Below are positions 1-15,818 of a stretch of DNA of 64,000 bases, piece by piece. The notes under the pieces were generated by a model that was not told the DNA's origin, did not search any database, and saw only the letters and a program-made list of their open reading frames with translations. The stretch spans positions 136,648,001-136,712,000 of the forward strand of contig OZ024741.1 in the NCBI GenBank assembly GCA_964016885.1, read 5' to 3'. This DNA comes from Eledone cirrhosa (lineage: Eukaryota). Made by a program: the position numbers and the translations under genes. Numbering within the stretch: position 1 is the first letter of the stretch; each line of letters starts with the position of its first letter.

Positions 1-115
1 AATGCAGATAATTAGAATTTATGGTGTAAAAGTTGGAAAAAGAAGTTCCAGAGAGTTCTTTTTAAAAAAAGTCATTAATCACAAGATTAATGTTGGCAGA
101 AAAAAGGTGTCAGAA

Positions 116-172
116 TCAGAGAGGAATATCTGAAGATGGTGGAACAGATAATGGATGTTCTGGACTGTGTTT
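116..172 (-). CDS. MED19: MED19 last coding exon (KHSPEHPLSVPPSSDIPL*)
   Basis: Acceptor ttttgtatttcag|; TGA at 118-116; HSPxHP motif matches the MED19 C-terminus. Confidence 0.88.
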   Translation of the reverse strand, partial: KHSPEHPLSVPPSSDIPL

Positions 173-3100
173 CTGAAATACAAAACAAAATAGAAATATT
201 TATTTACATAATTAAACAAGTGTATAACAAGTGTATAACATTGTCACAACAAAAAGCACCTCACCCACCTTGTAAAGTGGTATTGTTGGTGGCATGACAT
301 GAAACACCCAGTCCACCCTGTAAGTTGTATTGCTGGTGCCATGAGAATAAGACACCAAGTCCACTCCATAAGGTTGTAGTGCTGTTGCCAAGACAAAAAG
401 CATCCAGTCCACCCTGCTGGTGCTATGAGAAAGAGCAACTTGCCCACCTTGTAAGGTGGTATAGCTGAGGCCACAACAAAAAGCACTTAGTCTCGTAAGG
501 TGGTAGTGTAGGTTCTTTGACAAAAATCACCATGTCCACTCTGTAAAGTGGTTTTGCTGGTGCCACAACAAAAATATCAACATGGCTGGTGTTAGAAAGA
601 GCAACAAGCCATAGAAACCAAGCCAAAAATGGAACCTATGAGCAAGATGTGGCCATCTGAGCAGTCTAGCCTCAGAATGGGAAAATCTGTCTAACCCATG
701 AAAGTATGGAAAATAGATGTTATGTAGTGATAATGAAATATACAGTTTAAAGTTGCAGTTAATCTTGAAAATTATGAAGAATTAGAACGGATTTAGTAAA
801 ATATAGGGACAGCTCCTGCCTAAACAGGTTTAGCTGGCCTCCTATGAGGTTATATCTGATAAGAAGTTTCTTAGGTGTTTTAACCCTTATCTACCTGAAA
901 CTGCTCTTGTTTCTATGATACAAAACTGTTTATTTTCAAGTGTTTATATTTATCTAGTCTCTCCATCATACCTTTATGTAAGAACTTTTATGTTATGTTC
1001 CAAACACCCGATTAATAATGAGAAAGTTAGTTATATTACTAAATCTCAACAAATCCTTGATTATTTCCAAAATGATTTGAAAATCATAGGCTGTGTATTT
1101 CATAAGAAATATGATAATGAAAGGGTTAAAGATAGGGACATGAAATAAAACAGTTAAAGATTTATTTAGCAAATAAATACACACTAACACTTTCATAAAC
1201 ATATTTTTGAAGAAACACAATACCTATCACCAAAACTTTAGATGGTTGCTACATGCAAATGCTAAGACGTCGGAGCTTCACTGTATCCATGCCCAGGGAA
1301 GCAAAGCGTTCAGAGTATGGTAGATGCCTGATCGAGGCTATTCGCTTGGTTGCACGTCTCCGAACAGTTTCCAGTAGGTCAATGTTCTGAGCAAGATAGG
1401 GGTTCCAGACTGGTAATACAAATCTAAGTCTGGCCACACCATAGTTATATACAGCTTTAAATAGATAGCTGGAGAGCAGCTGACAAAGGTCTTGCTGAGT
1501 GATGCCAAGAAACCTTCGGCCTTCTTGATAATTTTAGAGATGTACTTTGTCCAATGCAAATCGTTGCTGACAGTAATGCCCAGGTCACGTTCACAAGAAG
1601 ACTTCTTGATATTAGTGTTGTGGAGAGAGTATGTGGATGCTGGGTTTTTCCTCCCAAAATGCATGGTGGTACACTTGTCCACAGCCAGCTTAAGTGCCAG
1701 TCCATGATCCATTGCTGCATTGTGTCCAGGTGATTGCAGAAAAGATCTATAGTGTTCAGGATCTGTCCTTTTTATCTCAAGGTATAGCTTGATGTCATCT
1801 GCATATTTCAGCACTGTGGCATTCTTTAAGTTGGCATCTATGTCATTAATATATGCAACAAACAAAAGGGGGCCAAGAACAGATCCCTGTGGTACACCAG
1901 ATGACATCTCATAGGGTGAAGAATGCTGTCCTAGAACCGTGACTACCTCTTTTCGACTGAGAATGAAGGACTTTAACCAGTTAAAAAGATCATCTCTCAC
2001 ACCCATTGCAGAGAGTTTTGCTGTAGGTCTTTTGTGTGGCCCAGAATTGACAGCTTAAGCAAAGTCAAGGTAAACAACATCCACCCATGAGCCGCCATCA
2101 GTGATCCGGGTGACGTCTTCAAGAGACTCGATAAGTTGATCACAACAACTGGAGTTAGGGGTAAATCCCAATTGCAAGGTCCAGACAAGGCTGTGAGAAT
2201 TCCAGAAGTTCCAGAGTGTTTCTCTGACACAGGATACCATCAGTTTGGTGATGCAGCTAGTAAGACTGACTGGACGATAGTTGACAGACGACGAGCGGTC
2301 ACCCTTTTTAACAGAGGAATGATACTGGTAGTTTTCCACTGCTCAATGTGTCTAGATTCGGCAAGAGCTACAGGCAGATTTTTTAGCAAGGCACTCCGAT
2401 AAGATCCCTCATTATGAGGTTCTACACAAACGCATGATTTGATTCCTGCTATTTCTCAGCTTAAAGCAGAAATCATTTGTCGTGTTTCCGCAAACTCTAT
2501 TGATGGTCGAATGTTGTTGTTGTTGATGTTCTTCAACAGGAATGATAGGGGAAGACACGGTCGTCGGTTGTTGTTGTTAAGTAAATGGAGGAAGACATGG
2601 GTTGCTGTTGTTGATGATGTTCTTCAACAGGAATAGTAGCAGAAGCTACGCTCATCGGTTTTTGCCGTTGTTCAGCAGCAATGATAGAGGAAGACATGGT
2701 CATCGGATTTTGTTGTTGTTGAACAGCAATGGTAGAGGCAGACACACAGGCCAGGCACTGAAAGGACCAATTTCGTAGCTGGACCATTTCCCAGAGTCCA
2801 TCTATCATTGAAATATGGCGTCTCTTTTTTTGACCTGGGATCTTTCGAAAGTTTGTGGACAATTGAAGGCAGACAGAAACACAACATTTACCACATTCAA
2901 CCCATTGATTACGAAAGGAGTTCTCAGGTTCTGTACATAGATAATAGATCTGATTTTCTGGGCAATGTTCTATTTTGGAACAGCAACCAGTTTTATCACA
3001 CACTTCATCCATGGATGCCACTATACCGATGGTATATTACCTCTTTCATTACATTTCTAATGAAAACCACTGCCTATGATTTTTAATTATTAAAACATTC

Positions 3101-4610
3101 AAGAATTTGGGAAGTTTTAGTGATATGATTTTTTTTTATTCAGGCACAAAGCCAGCAATCTAGGGGAAAGAGGAAAGTCAGTTATATGACCTAGTTTTTG
3201 GCTGGTACTTTATTTTATCAACCTTGGAACAATGAAAGGCAAATTTGACCGTGGCAAGATTTGAACTCGGAACTTAAAGAAAATAAATGCTATTAAGCAT
3301 TTGTCCAAAGGACTTAGTAATATGACTAATTTTCTCATTATTAAGTCGCTGTTTGGAACATAACTTACAATTTCTTACACAGAATTAAGATGAAAGGGTT
3401 TTAGATGAATATAAACATTTTAAAATAAACAGTTTTGTATCATAAATCCAGGGGCAATTTCAGGCAGTTCGGTATCAAAAGAGTTAAAGGATGAGTTGAA
3501 AGGCATAGAGAAAAATAGTAAAAAATGAAATTTGCCACTTAGTTGAAGAAAGAAAACAGCAATCTAGTGACTGCCTTGGAAGAGGGGAGATAAATGCAAA
3601 AAAAATTAAAGACTAATTACTCAAAGTTAATTTATTGTACCATGGTTCTGTCTTTTCTATTTCATTCTTTTATTGGTTTCAGTCATTGGACTGTGGCCAT
3701 ACTGTAGCAACTTCTTCAATGTTTTTAGCTGATCATTTCATACTCCATTCAAATTTTAGTAAATAGCTAAGTTACTGTTTTGACATAAAGGAATGCAACT
3801 CAATACAGTTCCACATCAGTAAACAGTCCTACAGACATCATCATCATTATCATTTTATATTTGTATTTCCAAGGTGACTTGAGCAGGCCTCATGGTGTCT
3901 CACCATACATTATGGCTTGCATCGTCCAGCCAACACAGCCATACAGAAAACTAAACATGTTGGTGTATATGTTATACAATGTAGACTAGATGTATTCTAT
4001 CATATCATCAGCATCAAAGAGATAGATCTGTGTGGGAGAACTTTCTGTTGTACCTTGAACCAATTCGGGATAGTTAGCTTGTGGTGCACATATAAAATCC
4101 ACAACTCATTTATGCTTCAATTTAGGCATGGTTTTCGAAGTTGGCATTCCTCCCTATTACAAACCATTTTACAGTATGTATTGGATGAATTTTATCATGC
4201 TACCAACATGACTTATATTAGAGGACTCAAATAAACTGGAACAATTAGTACTGCAGTTTGATTATCTGAACAGTATGCTCATGAAATTAATGTGTAAGTG
4301 GCTGAGCATTCTCCACACATGTGGAATAAAGTGTCTAGCTCAATGACACAATACACAGTTGGGAATCAAACTCACAATATTACAGTTGTAAGCAAAACAC
4401 ACTAAACCCTATGGCGTACATCATAGCTATGGTTAAGAAACCATGGAATAGATGTGCAAGACATGATCTTATATAAGACAACTTGTCCAACCCATACCAA
4501 CATTAATGAGTGAACAAAAAAAAACAATGATGATGACAAGGATAATAGTATATATACACATGTGTATATATATATATATATCATCATCAGCATTATTGTT
4601 TAATACATAT

Positions 4611-4649
<39 letters not shown>

Positions 4650-7600
4650 GACACACAGACACAGTAGGCTTCCACACAGTTTCCATCCAACAAATTCCAT
4701 TCAAAAAGGATTGATCAGGCAGAGGCTACACCTGAAGACCAAATGTTTCTTATGCAGGTAAAAAAACAAAAAAGAAACATAAATATATATCTTACCTTCT
4801 TCTTTTTCTTTTTTCTCTTCTTTTTTTCTTTCTCTTCTTCTGTGCGTTTCACTTTCTTCTTTTTATCATGACCAGTATCAGAGGAATTTTCTCCTTGAAG
4901 ACAACACAAACATTATTTTAGAGTTTATAAATATTTATACTGAAGAGAGAAATGTCACTTAAATGGTAATGACACAGGATAGAGAGGACTATGCTGTTGT
5001 CATAACATACACCCAGTACACTCTGTAGAGAGGTTGGCATTAGGAAGGGTATCCAGTCCTAGAAATCATGCCAAAAGTGTTGCGAGGACTCTTCAGTCAT
5101 ACCAGGTATATGACAACTTTCCTAGTGTTGGTGTCACACAAAAATACACCCAGTACACTCTGTAAATCGGTTGGCTTTAGGAAGAGCATCCAGCTGTAGA
5201 AATTATGCCAAAAGAGTAGAGACTGCTCTTCAGTTGCATCAAGAAAATGACAATCTCTTACATACTGAAACCATAACAAAATACATCCATTACACCCTTA
5301 AAGTAGTAGTGCTGATGCAATGATAAAATGCGCCCACTATATTCTGTAGTGTTTGGAATTAGAAAGGACATTCAGTTGTGAAACTATGCTAAAACTAGAA
5401 CATATGTGCAAGACGTAGTTCCCCCAATCAATCTGGTCATGGAATATACAACCCATGACAGGATGGAAAGCAGGCATAAAATGATAATGATGAAGACATA
5501 CATAAATACGGATGAATGTTTTTCCTTGAAGAAAACATTATTTCAGTTAATAGCTTTTATCACTGATTATTGTACATGGTCCTGTTACCACGCTATACTA
5601 TGACAACAATAAAAATAATAAAAATTAAATTATTGTGTACAGTGCTCAGATGAACTACAACTCGTCAAAGGTACATGTATAGTACATAGAATAATATACA
5701 AATGTCAGGGAAGTGAATAGTGTATGAGTCATGATATACATGTGTGCGTGTGTATGGAGGGGAATATTAGGTGTAGTGTTGGCGAATCTCAGGAAGCATG
5801 AAGGTTTTAAAGGATGCAGTGTCTCAACAGCTAATAACTGATGCAGTAGTTTGTTCCATGCTTCAGCAACTCTGAGCGTGAAAAAGTGTTTCTGAAAGTC
5901 ATGGGAGCTATGCTGTTTTCTGACTTTGTGGGCATGCCCACGTGTGTTAGACACATGGAATTCAAAAAGGTACTCAGGGTTGTTGTTGGCAAGATGGTTA
6001 ATAATTTTGTGGTTGTTTACCATGTCAGTTGCCAGACGTCGGAGCGTCAATGTATCCATGCCCAGGGAAGCAAGGCGTTCAGAGTATGGTAGATGCCTGA
6101 TGGAGAGTATTCGCTTGGTTGCACGTCTCTAAACAGTTTCCAGGAGGTCAATGTTCTGAGCAAGATAGGGGTTCCAGACTGGTGATGTAAATTACAAGTG
6201 TGGCCGCACCATAACTATATACAGCTTTAAATAGATAGCTGGAGAGCAGCTGACAAACGTCTTGCTGAGTGATGCTAAGACACCCTCGGCCTTCTTGACA
6301 ATTTTAGAGACGTGCTTCGTCCAACGCAAATTGCTGCTGACTGTAATGCTCAGGTCACGTTCACAAGAAGACTTTTTGATATTAGTGTTGTGGAGGGAGT
6401 ATGTGGATGCTGGGTTTTTCCTCCCAAAATGCATGGTGGTACACTTGTCCACAGCCAGCTTAAGTTGCCAGTCTGTGATCCATTGTTGCATTGTGTCCAG
6501 GTCAGATTGCAGGCAAGATCTAATGTTCAGGATCTGGCCTTTTTTTATTAAAGCTATTTTTCCAAGCTAAAGCAGGAATTAGCATTGAGGGCCCTAAGAC
6601 AAGATTTTCTATCATCTGCAAACCCCCTTCCCCAACCCTCTGGTTTTCACTTCCTCCTCCATCATCTTTAGCCATGTCTTTCTTGGCCATCCCTTTCTGC
6701 TACTCACCTCCACATTCATTCCCATCACGCCCTCTCACCTAGAAATAACAGCTAAATGTATAAATAGCTCTAGCCATGTCTTTCTTGGCCTTCCCGTTCT
6801 TCTACTCCTTTCCACATACATTTCTATCACTCCTCTTACCTAGAAATACCTGCTGAATATCTTTCCTATCACACTTTGCTATCTTAAGAAGAAAGACTCA
6901 TTTAAAGGATATTGTTGTAGATAGACCTAAGAAGATGGAAGGATAATCACAGTTAGGATAGGACATCTTTGATCATAGGACTGATCTATCAGAATTGACC
7001 TAATGTTAAATAACATCAACTGAATAAAGCTGTCACTAAAAGCATTTGAACATGGACATGGAACACAGAGAAATGTAATTAAATATTTATAAATTCCAGT
7101 GTGTTCTGATACTTGCAATCCCAAGCTTGTATATATAGAGCTGGCTCTATCATTAAGGCCAACTAGACGACCACCTACGACACAGATGTCAGAGGGATGC
7201 ATTACAGAACCTTAGCAGATCACAGTTTTATACAAATTAGATATATAACAACTTCCTGTAATCAATATATAAATCACTAAACATCTTTGCTGCATAGCAG
7301 CATTGCAAAGATATCGAAGGGTGAAGATCATATGGTGTTATGACCAGTCACATGATTTTGGTTGAATGTGGACTGTGTTGTGAAAAATACAGGCTTAGTA
7401 ATGTTCTTAGTGTGTCAAGAAGTGATAGAAACTAGGTTTGTCAGAGGAATAAAATGTAAGTTTAAAGAGGTAGTGTGGGGCCCTAAATACACTGGAGCAC
7501 ATTATAAAACTAGCCTAGGGCACTAAATATCTATGCACACACTATAGAGCTAGTCTAGAGCCCTCTATACCAAAGCACATATTATAGAGTTAGCCTAGGG

Positions 7601-10600
7601 GCTTCAATACTCAAGCACAAATTGTCGAACTGGCCAACTGCCCTAAATACCCAGAGACACATTGTAAAGCCAGCCTGGGGCTCTAAATACTCAGGTACAC
7701 AATATGAAAGCCCTGACCATGAGTATTTGTAACGAGACAAACCAACCTAGCCTTCAATTGATTGGTGCTGCTGTCCATTGACATAAATAACGATGACTGT
7801 CGAAGAGAGACAACTCTCACGTTTATCTTTTCTATTACGAGTTACCTCCCCGTAAAATGTTCAGGCATGTAATAACTTTTGTTTTTGTTTTTTTTTTGTT
7901 TTTGTCAGCTTTCTAAACATTTTTTAACTTGTTTTTTATTGGTTTGAGCCATAGGATGGTGGCCATGCTGGAACACCACTATCAATAAGTTAGTCGATTA
8001 TATCGACCTCAGTACTTGTTTCTGTGCAGTGTATAGCTTATCAATCTCTATTTGGGGATATAATATAAACAATACACTTTTTTAGAACAGCATAAACATA
8101 ACACATAATCGTTTTTATAAATAGTATATATATATATATATAGGAAAGGCATCCAACAACCATAATGAGCAGGGTACAACAGAGCCAACTAGCCAGACCA
8201 CTTCTCATAATGGGACCACCCAATTTCACACTGTAAACGTGGTTGGTGGTAGGGAGGGCATCCAGCAGCCGTAAGAACACAGTCAAAGCACAGCTCCATT
8301 ATGAGTAAGAATGGACTCAGAACTACTAAGAACTATGTGGTTGAGAAGCAAATTCCTTAACTACACAGCCATGCCTGGACCTATACACATACACAGTATA
8401 TATATATATATATATATTAGGTGGATGTATATCAGGAGGTGAACACAGTTAAAATAAGTACTCAAAACGTTAATAGAGTATAGGCATTTATATTTCATTA
8501 TAGAAATGACTTCTACGGGACTAGAACTGTTTCATTCATAAGAAATCATCAGATATATATATATAAATCCTGTATTGTCAGTAGGGAATGACCTAACAAT
8601 CTCGTTCCATTTTTTATAACATCCTTTGCAATTCACTGTGTCTTCTTCCCTACCAGTGATACTCCATTCATCCACTGGACTATTCTTATTTTCATTCTCT
8701 CCAGCCTTCTCTGCTACTCCACATTCATCACACATGTCTTACTCCCATAAATAATGGCACCAAGTTCCTGGAACTTCTTCCATGTATATCTCACTCTTGC
8801 TATTGTCATCAAGACAGATGTACCTTCCTCTTCAGTATCAGTGACACTCCTCTCCTCATTAGCACGCCACTGGGTTCCTAAAACTTCTTCCATGCACATC
8901 TCACTCTAGCTACTATCACAGAGTTTGATGCACCTTTTCCATTCAATATGTCTTCTACATAACAAAACGGTTCCACACCATTCCCAAGATCCAGCTCGAC
9001 ATCCTTTCCATCTGTAGCTCCCTCCATACACACTTTCCACTTATATGTAACTGCCATACTATTTAATAATCCTTTAACACCATTTCCAAGATCCAGCTTG
9101 ACATATTCTCCATCTGTAGTTCTTCCATACACACTTTACACTTATATGTAACTGCAGTTCTAATAAGTTCTAATATGTAGAAAGGAAAATAGGGCACTAG
9201 TCCCATCTGGGAAATGGCCATGCTCAGTGTGTAGGAAAGGAGTAGGCAGAAACTCCATTTTATGTCCCAAATGCAAAGTATGGGTGCATAAAAGATGTAG
9301 TGGGATCACAGGTAAGCTAACTAAGAATATAGATTTTATATGTGGCCGGTGCTCAGGTGCAATAAGTAGCAGCAAATGCCCACAGAATACTAGCTCATTC
9401 CATTGCCCAGATGGTTCTATAGAAATAGTGGACACCTTCCGTTAAGTGGGTGACAAAATCAGCAGTGGTGGAGGGTGCTCTGAAAGTACAGTAGCTAGAG
9501 TCAGAACGGAATGGAAAAAGTTCAGAGAGCTTATACCACTATTGGCCGCTAAAGGTTTCTCTCTAAAAATGAAAGGCAGGCTGTATGATGCCTGCATACG
9601 AACAGCGATGTTACATGGCAGTGAGACATGGGCCTTGTGTGCAGAGGATCTACGCAGACTGGAGAGGAACGAAGCTTGCATGCTCCGTTGGATGTGTAAT
9701 AGTAATATACGTGAACGGCAAAGATAAATGAACTAAGAGAGAAATTAGGAATAAGAGGGATCAGATGCTGTTTACTCGAGAGAAGACTACGTTGGTATGG
9801 TCACGTGATGCGCATGAAAGACGAGAGCTGTATAAAAAAGTGCAGGGCGATCAAAATAGACGGTAGCTACGGAGTAGGCAGACCCAGAAAAACCTGGGAC
9901 GACTTGATAAATTCCGACCTCACACACACCTCTCCAAGAAAATATCACTGGACCGAGATCTCTGGCGCTACGCAGTAATACAGAAGACCCGCCTTGCCTA
10001 AGTACAAAGCGAAACCTACAGTCAGTAGGCACCTCTTAACCAAAATACACCTCCGTCCCACTACCCCTACCCCCACTCCTATCTACACCACCCCTTTCTC
10101 TGTAAAGTTATGTTGGTACCACAACATCAAATCCTAAATAAATGAGCTCATGTAGGTGTACGACAAAAAAAAAACACAGTCCACGCTGTAATGTGGCCGT
10201 GTAGGTACACGGTAAAAACTTCCCAGTTCACACTGTAAATGTGCTTGGTGTTAGGAAGGGCATCCAGCCGTAGAAAACCCGCCAGACAGTCCTGAGCAAG
10301 ACAACCAATCTTGCTTCAAGTGGGACAATTCCCGTCCAGACCCATGCTAGCGTGGAAGATGGACGTTAAACGATGATGATGATGATGATGACTTGCCATT
10401 ATATTTCAAAGCTCACCAAAACAAAACAGTGACCCATAATGTGAGAAACGTTCATCACTGCAGCATATGTAGAAAGTAATGTAAGTCCTTGGCAGGGCTA
10501 AAGAGTCATATACGTGCAACACATTTGTGAAAGCAGGATCAAGTAATGGCAATTCTTGAAATCGCGATGTAGACATAGTTTACGTATGTGTATATATATG

Positions 10601-13600
10601 TATGTGCGAAGGCGCATGGCTTAGTGGTTAGAGAGTTGGATTCTCAATAATCGTGAGGTTGTAAGTTTTTCCACTATTTACATTCATACCATTAGCCTCC
10701 ATACATTCCATCTGCCTATTCATTTTCTCCCTCCCTCTATCTTAATGAAACGACTAATAGTTTTAAACCATCCCTCTAAATTCTTCACAAATTAACTGAA
10801 ATACAGAGTATGTCATTAGAAATATAACAAAAGGGAACTAAGCTTTTAATGCAGTTTTCTTACCTTGTATCTCTTGTGAATTACCATCTTTACCACCTTC
10901 TTTCTTACTTTTCTTATGCTTGTGTTTCTTTTTCTGTGGGGTTTGGTTCAGAAACCGATACTGCTCAGGAAGCTGCAACACAACATTTACACAAAAATAT
11001 TTAGTATAAGGTATGACCGTAGCCTAGTGACTGAAATTGTAAAAAAATAAAAGAGTATGATGCCCCAGTATTGCCACAGTTTCATGACTGAAATCATTAG
11101 AAGAGTAAAAGAGTGTAGTGCCCAGGGATAGCCACGTCTAATGAATGAAACCAGTGGAAGAATAAACGAGTATGGTGCCTCAGCAAGGGCTCAATTTAAT
11201 GACTGGAACCAGTTAAAGAGTAAAAGAACGTGATGCCCCAGCATGGCTGCAGTCTAATGACTGAAACCAGATTAAAATAACTGATTTAGGAGAGAAATAT
11301 GAAACATTCAAGAGAGACAAATGTGTGTATGCAAGTATTATAAGGGAGATAAACATCTCATGTTGTAAACAGTGGTGATGTGCCTACGACCTGTCCTGAG
11401 AAGCGTGGGTTGGGTGCACAAACATTGCGTATCCCGAGACTCTAAAGAGGGTTCGAAAAGACTATTAAGAATTATTAATTTTTATTAATTAACATTTATA
11501 ATGAAATACATTCGATTTCATTATGATGAGGAATTGTGAGGGGTTTACTAAAATAATTAAATAAAATAGTAACTAAACATATGGTTCTCATGAAAATTAT
11601 GTTGGAAAATTTAAACTTAAGTAAAAATCGTTTAAAATAGGTGGTGCTTTTTTTTGCTTTTTTTTGGGGGGGGGGTTTATGGTAGTTTTGATGTTGATAT
11701 CAAAAGGGTTAAGAATTAACCCTTTATGGCTGCATTTCTAATGAAATATGGTCTATTTCAATTAATTAATGAAGACCTTTGAGGGATTTACTAAAATTAT
11801 TAATTATTTCCTTACTAAGATAGTAACTTAATGTAAGGTTCTTACATTATGAAATTATGTTTGAAAATTTTAATTTAAATTGGAAACCTTTAAAATGTGT
11901 GGTTTTAATTCATATAACCAGAGATAGTTTTGGCCAGGTTGATAACTAAAAAAAGGGTTAAGAGATAACTAGTACCCATCTTGGAATTGTATTGTTTTTT
12001 TTATTTTTTATTTTTGACACAGATTATCACTAATTGTTTAAGTCAACAAATCAGTAGAAATATTAGTGTTAGGCAAGATGCCTTGCTGTATTTGTTCTGA
12101 TTCTTTGCAGTCTGAGTTCAAATCCTAGCATGGCCTACCTGGATGATAGATTAAATTTGACACAGTTTAATACTACTACCAGCCCCTTGGCTGCAGTTAA
12201 CAGAGTCTTGCAGGCTCCATAAAAAGCTTTACATTTTGCCCTATCTTCTGTATGATGAAAATCACACAAACACAAATTTCAGCAGTTTCTATTTCTATCA
12301 TCCTTTCTCTTCTGATTAAGCAATAAAATAGTATATATAAAACAAAACCCCACAAAAACAAGTGCTTTAAAGATGACTAAAAAGTAAAATAGTATATTTA
12401 CCGGACCAGGATGAAGTCTGAAGCCAGCTAACCCTGCTCCTGATAATGGTAACAATTCTCGAGTACTTATTGGTGGTTTCTCAATTACTGATCGAAGGGA
12501 GCTGTAAAGATTATTGAAGAACAATGAAATGAAAAGTAATTGGCATTATCATATAAGATAACAAAATATTTGCACTTCATCCTCATTTAACATCCGTCTT
12601 TCCATTCTGGCATCAGTTAGATGAGTCGTTATAGTACTTAAACAGAGTTACTGTTTTCCCTGACTAACAGGGGTTGGTTCTCATCACACTTACACACATT
12701 CCAGGTTTGGCAGGGTTTCTACACATGGATGCCCTTCTTAACACCAATCACTTTATTAATGTACTAGGTGTATTTTATTGTACAGAGTGTATTAGGTGTA
12801 TTTTATTGTACAGAGTGTATTAGATGTATTTATTGTAGAGATGAACTAAGGATTTTCTATTGTATAGAATGTACTAGGTGTATTTTATTGTATAGAGTGT
12901 ACTACGTGCATTTCATTGTATAGAGCAGTGCTTCTCAAACTATCTGATGTGGCGGACCGGCATTTATTTTTCAATGTGCCACGTACCGCTAATATTTCGT
13001 AGTAATATTAATTTATACCGGAAACGATATATATAATGAATATAATAAAAGTTGACCATTTCTTTATCTTCTATTTATTTTATAAACAAATAATACAATA
13101 TCAAAACATATAAAAAAGTAATAAAAAAATAACAAGCAGTTTATTAACACAAAAATAAAAATTATATAACCTTAATATTTACTAGTGTGAAAGGCCGCGT
13201 ACTGGCACCGGTCAGCGGACCACCACTTTGAGTAGCACTGGTATAGAGTGTATGAGGTGTATTTTGTTGTACAGGGTGTACAAGGTGCATTTCAGTATCT
13301 TCTATATTTGGTATGACATATAGAGTATTGCTACAGCAATATTCCTTCATAAAGAGAATTGTAGAGTAGTTATTCTCTCATAAGTACTGAAATGTCAACA
13401 TAAGAATTTCATTCTTTTAAATGTAACAACTATTTCAGTTCATTTTCAGCATTGATGAAATGGGGCTTTTCAACTACAAGAAGTTATATAATATCAATGA
13501 CAGAGGAATAACAACATAAATGTTATTTACAAAAGCGTGATTGGGAGAGTACATCTCAGTTTAAATGTTAGTCCACCTCATGGTCCCAGCGGATAGAATG

Positions 13601-15781
13601 GAGAAGACATTGCCCTGGACCATGGTGAAGGAGACACACTGGAACAGCCACTCTAACTTGCAGGGTTTGCTTCTGTGGGTAGCAGTGAGTAGGGATGTGG
13701 TCCCGGAGCCAAGAACCACAGGCACGACTACAAACCTATCAGAGAGTGGCCAATACTTCAACAATTTGGCCTCTTCAACTTAAGAGTACTCTCTTCTTTT
13801 TTTCTCTGAATGGAGGAAAAATAAGTGTTTACACTTCACAGTTCATTCTTTTCACACTATGGTTTCTCATTCAAAAACATTAGTTCTATCTACCTTATAT
13901 GCCACAGCTAGGAAAATCCTGTTTATGAAGGAGGGTAAATGATCAAAGAGAAGACCCAAGAACTGCTTGGCTTGTTTACTTGCCACAGCATGAGACAGGG
14001 TGATGACTGTTGACCTGGAAAGGTGGATAAAAATTCCATCAAATATCCCTCATTCCATGTTGAGATCAGAAATCATCTTGGTTTCCAAGGCGACAAGACA
14101 GCAGCTCATTCTTGTGGAGCTAACTATTGCCTGGAAGGTGAGAGTGAAGGAGGCACAGGAGTGGATGAGAGAAAAATACTAGGAATTGGTGGAGGGCTGC
14201 TGCAGGAACAGGTGGAGGACTATGTGATTGCCAGTGGCAGTTGGCAGCTGAGGTTTTGCAGGTTGTTTTGTTAGTAAAACCTACAGAACTCTGTGCATTA
14301 TGGGAAGGGAGCCACTAAAAGCAACATGAAAGCAACAGAAAGGACATCTAGATGGCTATGGCTGAAGAGAAGTGACTAGTAGGGTAAGTAGTATGTCATA
14401 GAGACAGCAGCTGAGTCATGATCAACCTTGGTTGGGTCACCTGGATGATGGTGTATTTTGTAAGATCTGAAACACCTAGTGACTCCAGAATACAACATTG
14501 ATGACGTGTCCTAGGTTTTGTATTCGTGGATGTTTGGAGAACTTGCACTATCATCATCATCCTCACTTAACATCCATTTTGCACACTAGCATGGGTTAGA
14601 TGAGTTGTCAGTTTATAGACAAGTCAGGTCCGGAGACCATGTCGTGCTCAAACAGAGCTGTATTTTGGTTTGGTTTCTACAGCTGGATGCCCTTCCAAAC
14701 ACATCCCATTACAGTGTAGACTGGGTGCTTTTTATTGTGGCACTGAAACGACCACCTAAACAGGGTGGACTGGGTGCTTTTTGACGTGACACCAGCATGA
14801 CAACCTGACAGGATGGACTGGGTGCTTATACTATATATGTGTGTTTGCACACATCTGAGCCTGCATTTGTTTATGTCCTGTAATAAAAAGTGATCAAGAA
14901 AATAATTACCAGACATCATCATCATTTAACGTCTATTTTCCACACTAGCATGGGTTAGACGGGTTTGTTCTATTAGAAGCAAGTTGGGTCAGGTGACCGT
15001 GTCTTGCTCATATAGGACTCTTTCTGGCTAGATTCCTATGGGCACTTCCTAACGCCAACCACATTTACAATGTGTGTTGGGTGCTTTTTGCCGTGTTTCT
15101 TACACGACCACTTTATAGTGTGAGCTGGGTGCTTTTTGTTGTGACATCTATATGACCACTTTACAGTGTGGGCTGTATGTTTTTGTGATACCAACATAAC
15201 TTTACAGAGTAAGAGTGGTGTGGGCAGAAGTGGGACAGTGGTGTAGGGGCATGGGATTTTTAACAGAGTAAGGGTCATGTATGGAAGGAGGTATAGTGGA
15301 TTAAGAGGTGCCTACTGGGTGTATGTTTGAGTCCGTGCGCAAGGGAATGCGAGTCTTCTGTATTACTGCATAACACCAAAGATATCAATCCTGTGTGATT
15401 GTCTTTGAGAGGTGCAAGTGTGCAAGGTCAACTTTTACTACCTCATCCCAGGACTTCCTACTCCGTAACTTCCATCAATTTTGTTCACCCTGCACCTTTT
15501 TATACAGCTGTCGTCCTTCATACGCATCACATGACCATACCAACACAATCTCTCTCTAGTATACTGCATCTGATCCTTCTTAAGCCTAATTTCTCACTTA
15601 GTTCATTTACACTTTGCCATTCGTGTATATTACTTTTACACATGCACACTTCATTTCTTTCCAATCTGCGCAATCAACTGGGGTTCATATGATTCACTAA
15701 AATCCCTTCCAAGTGGTGCCCCAGGATGGTTGCAATCTAATGACTGGAGCCTGTAAAAAAGTAGATGAATATATGCATATA

Positions 15782-15818
<37 letters not shown>

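Noticed and set aside
230-630. ~60-bp periodic repeats with a CRISPR-like look (also 4980-5400, 7480-7700, 11000-11280, 12750-13290, 15050-15210)
   Set aside because: Degenerate tandem units without unique spacers, derived from SINE/RTE tails or minisatellites, in a eukaryotic context.
10608-10680. tRNA-like sequence (ggcgcatggcttagtggttagag...)
   Set aside because: A-box head only and no complete cloverleaf; a SINE head like those at about 31440-31497 and 44155.
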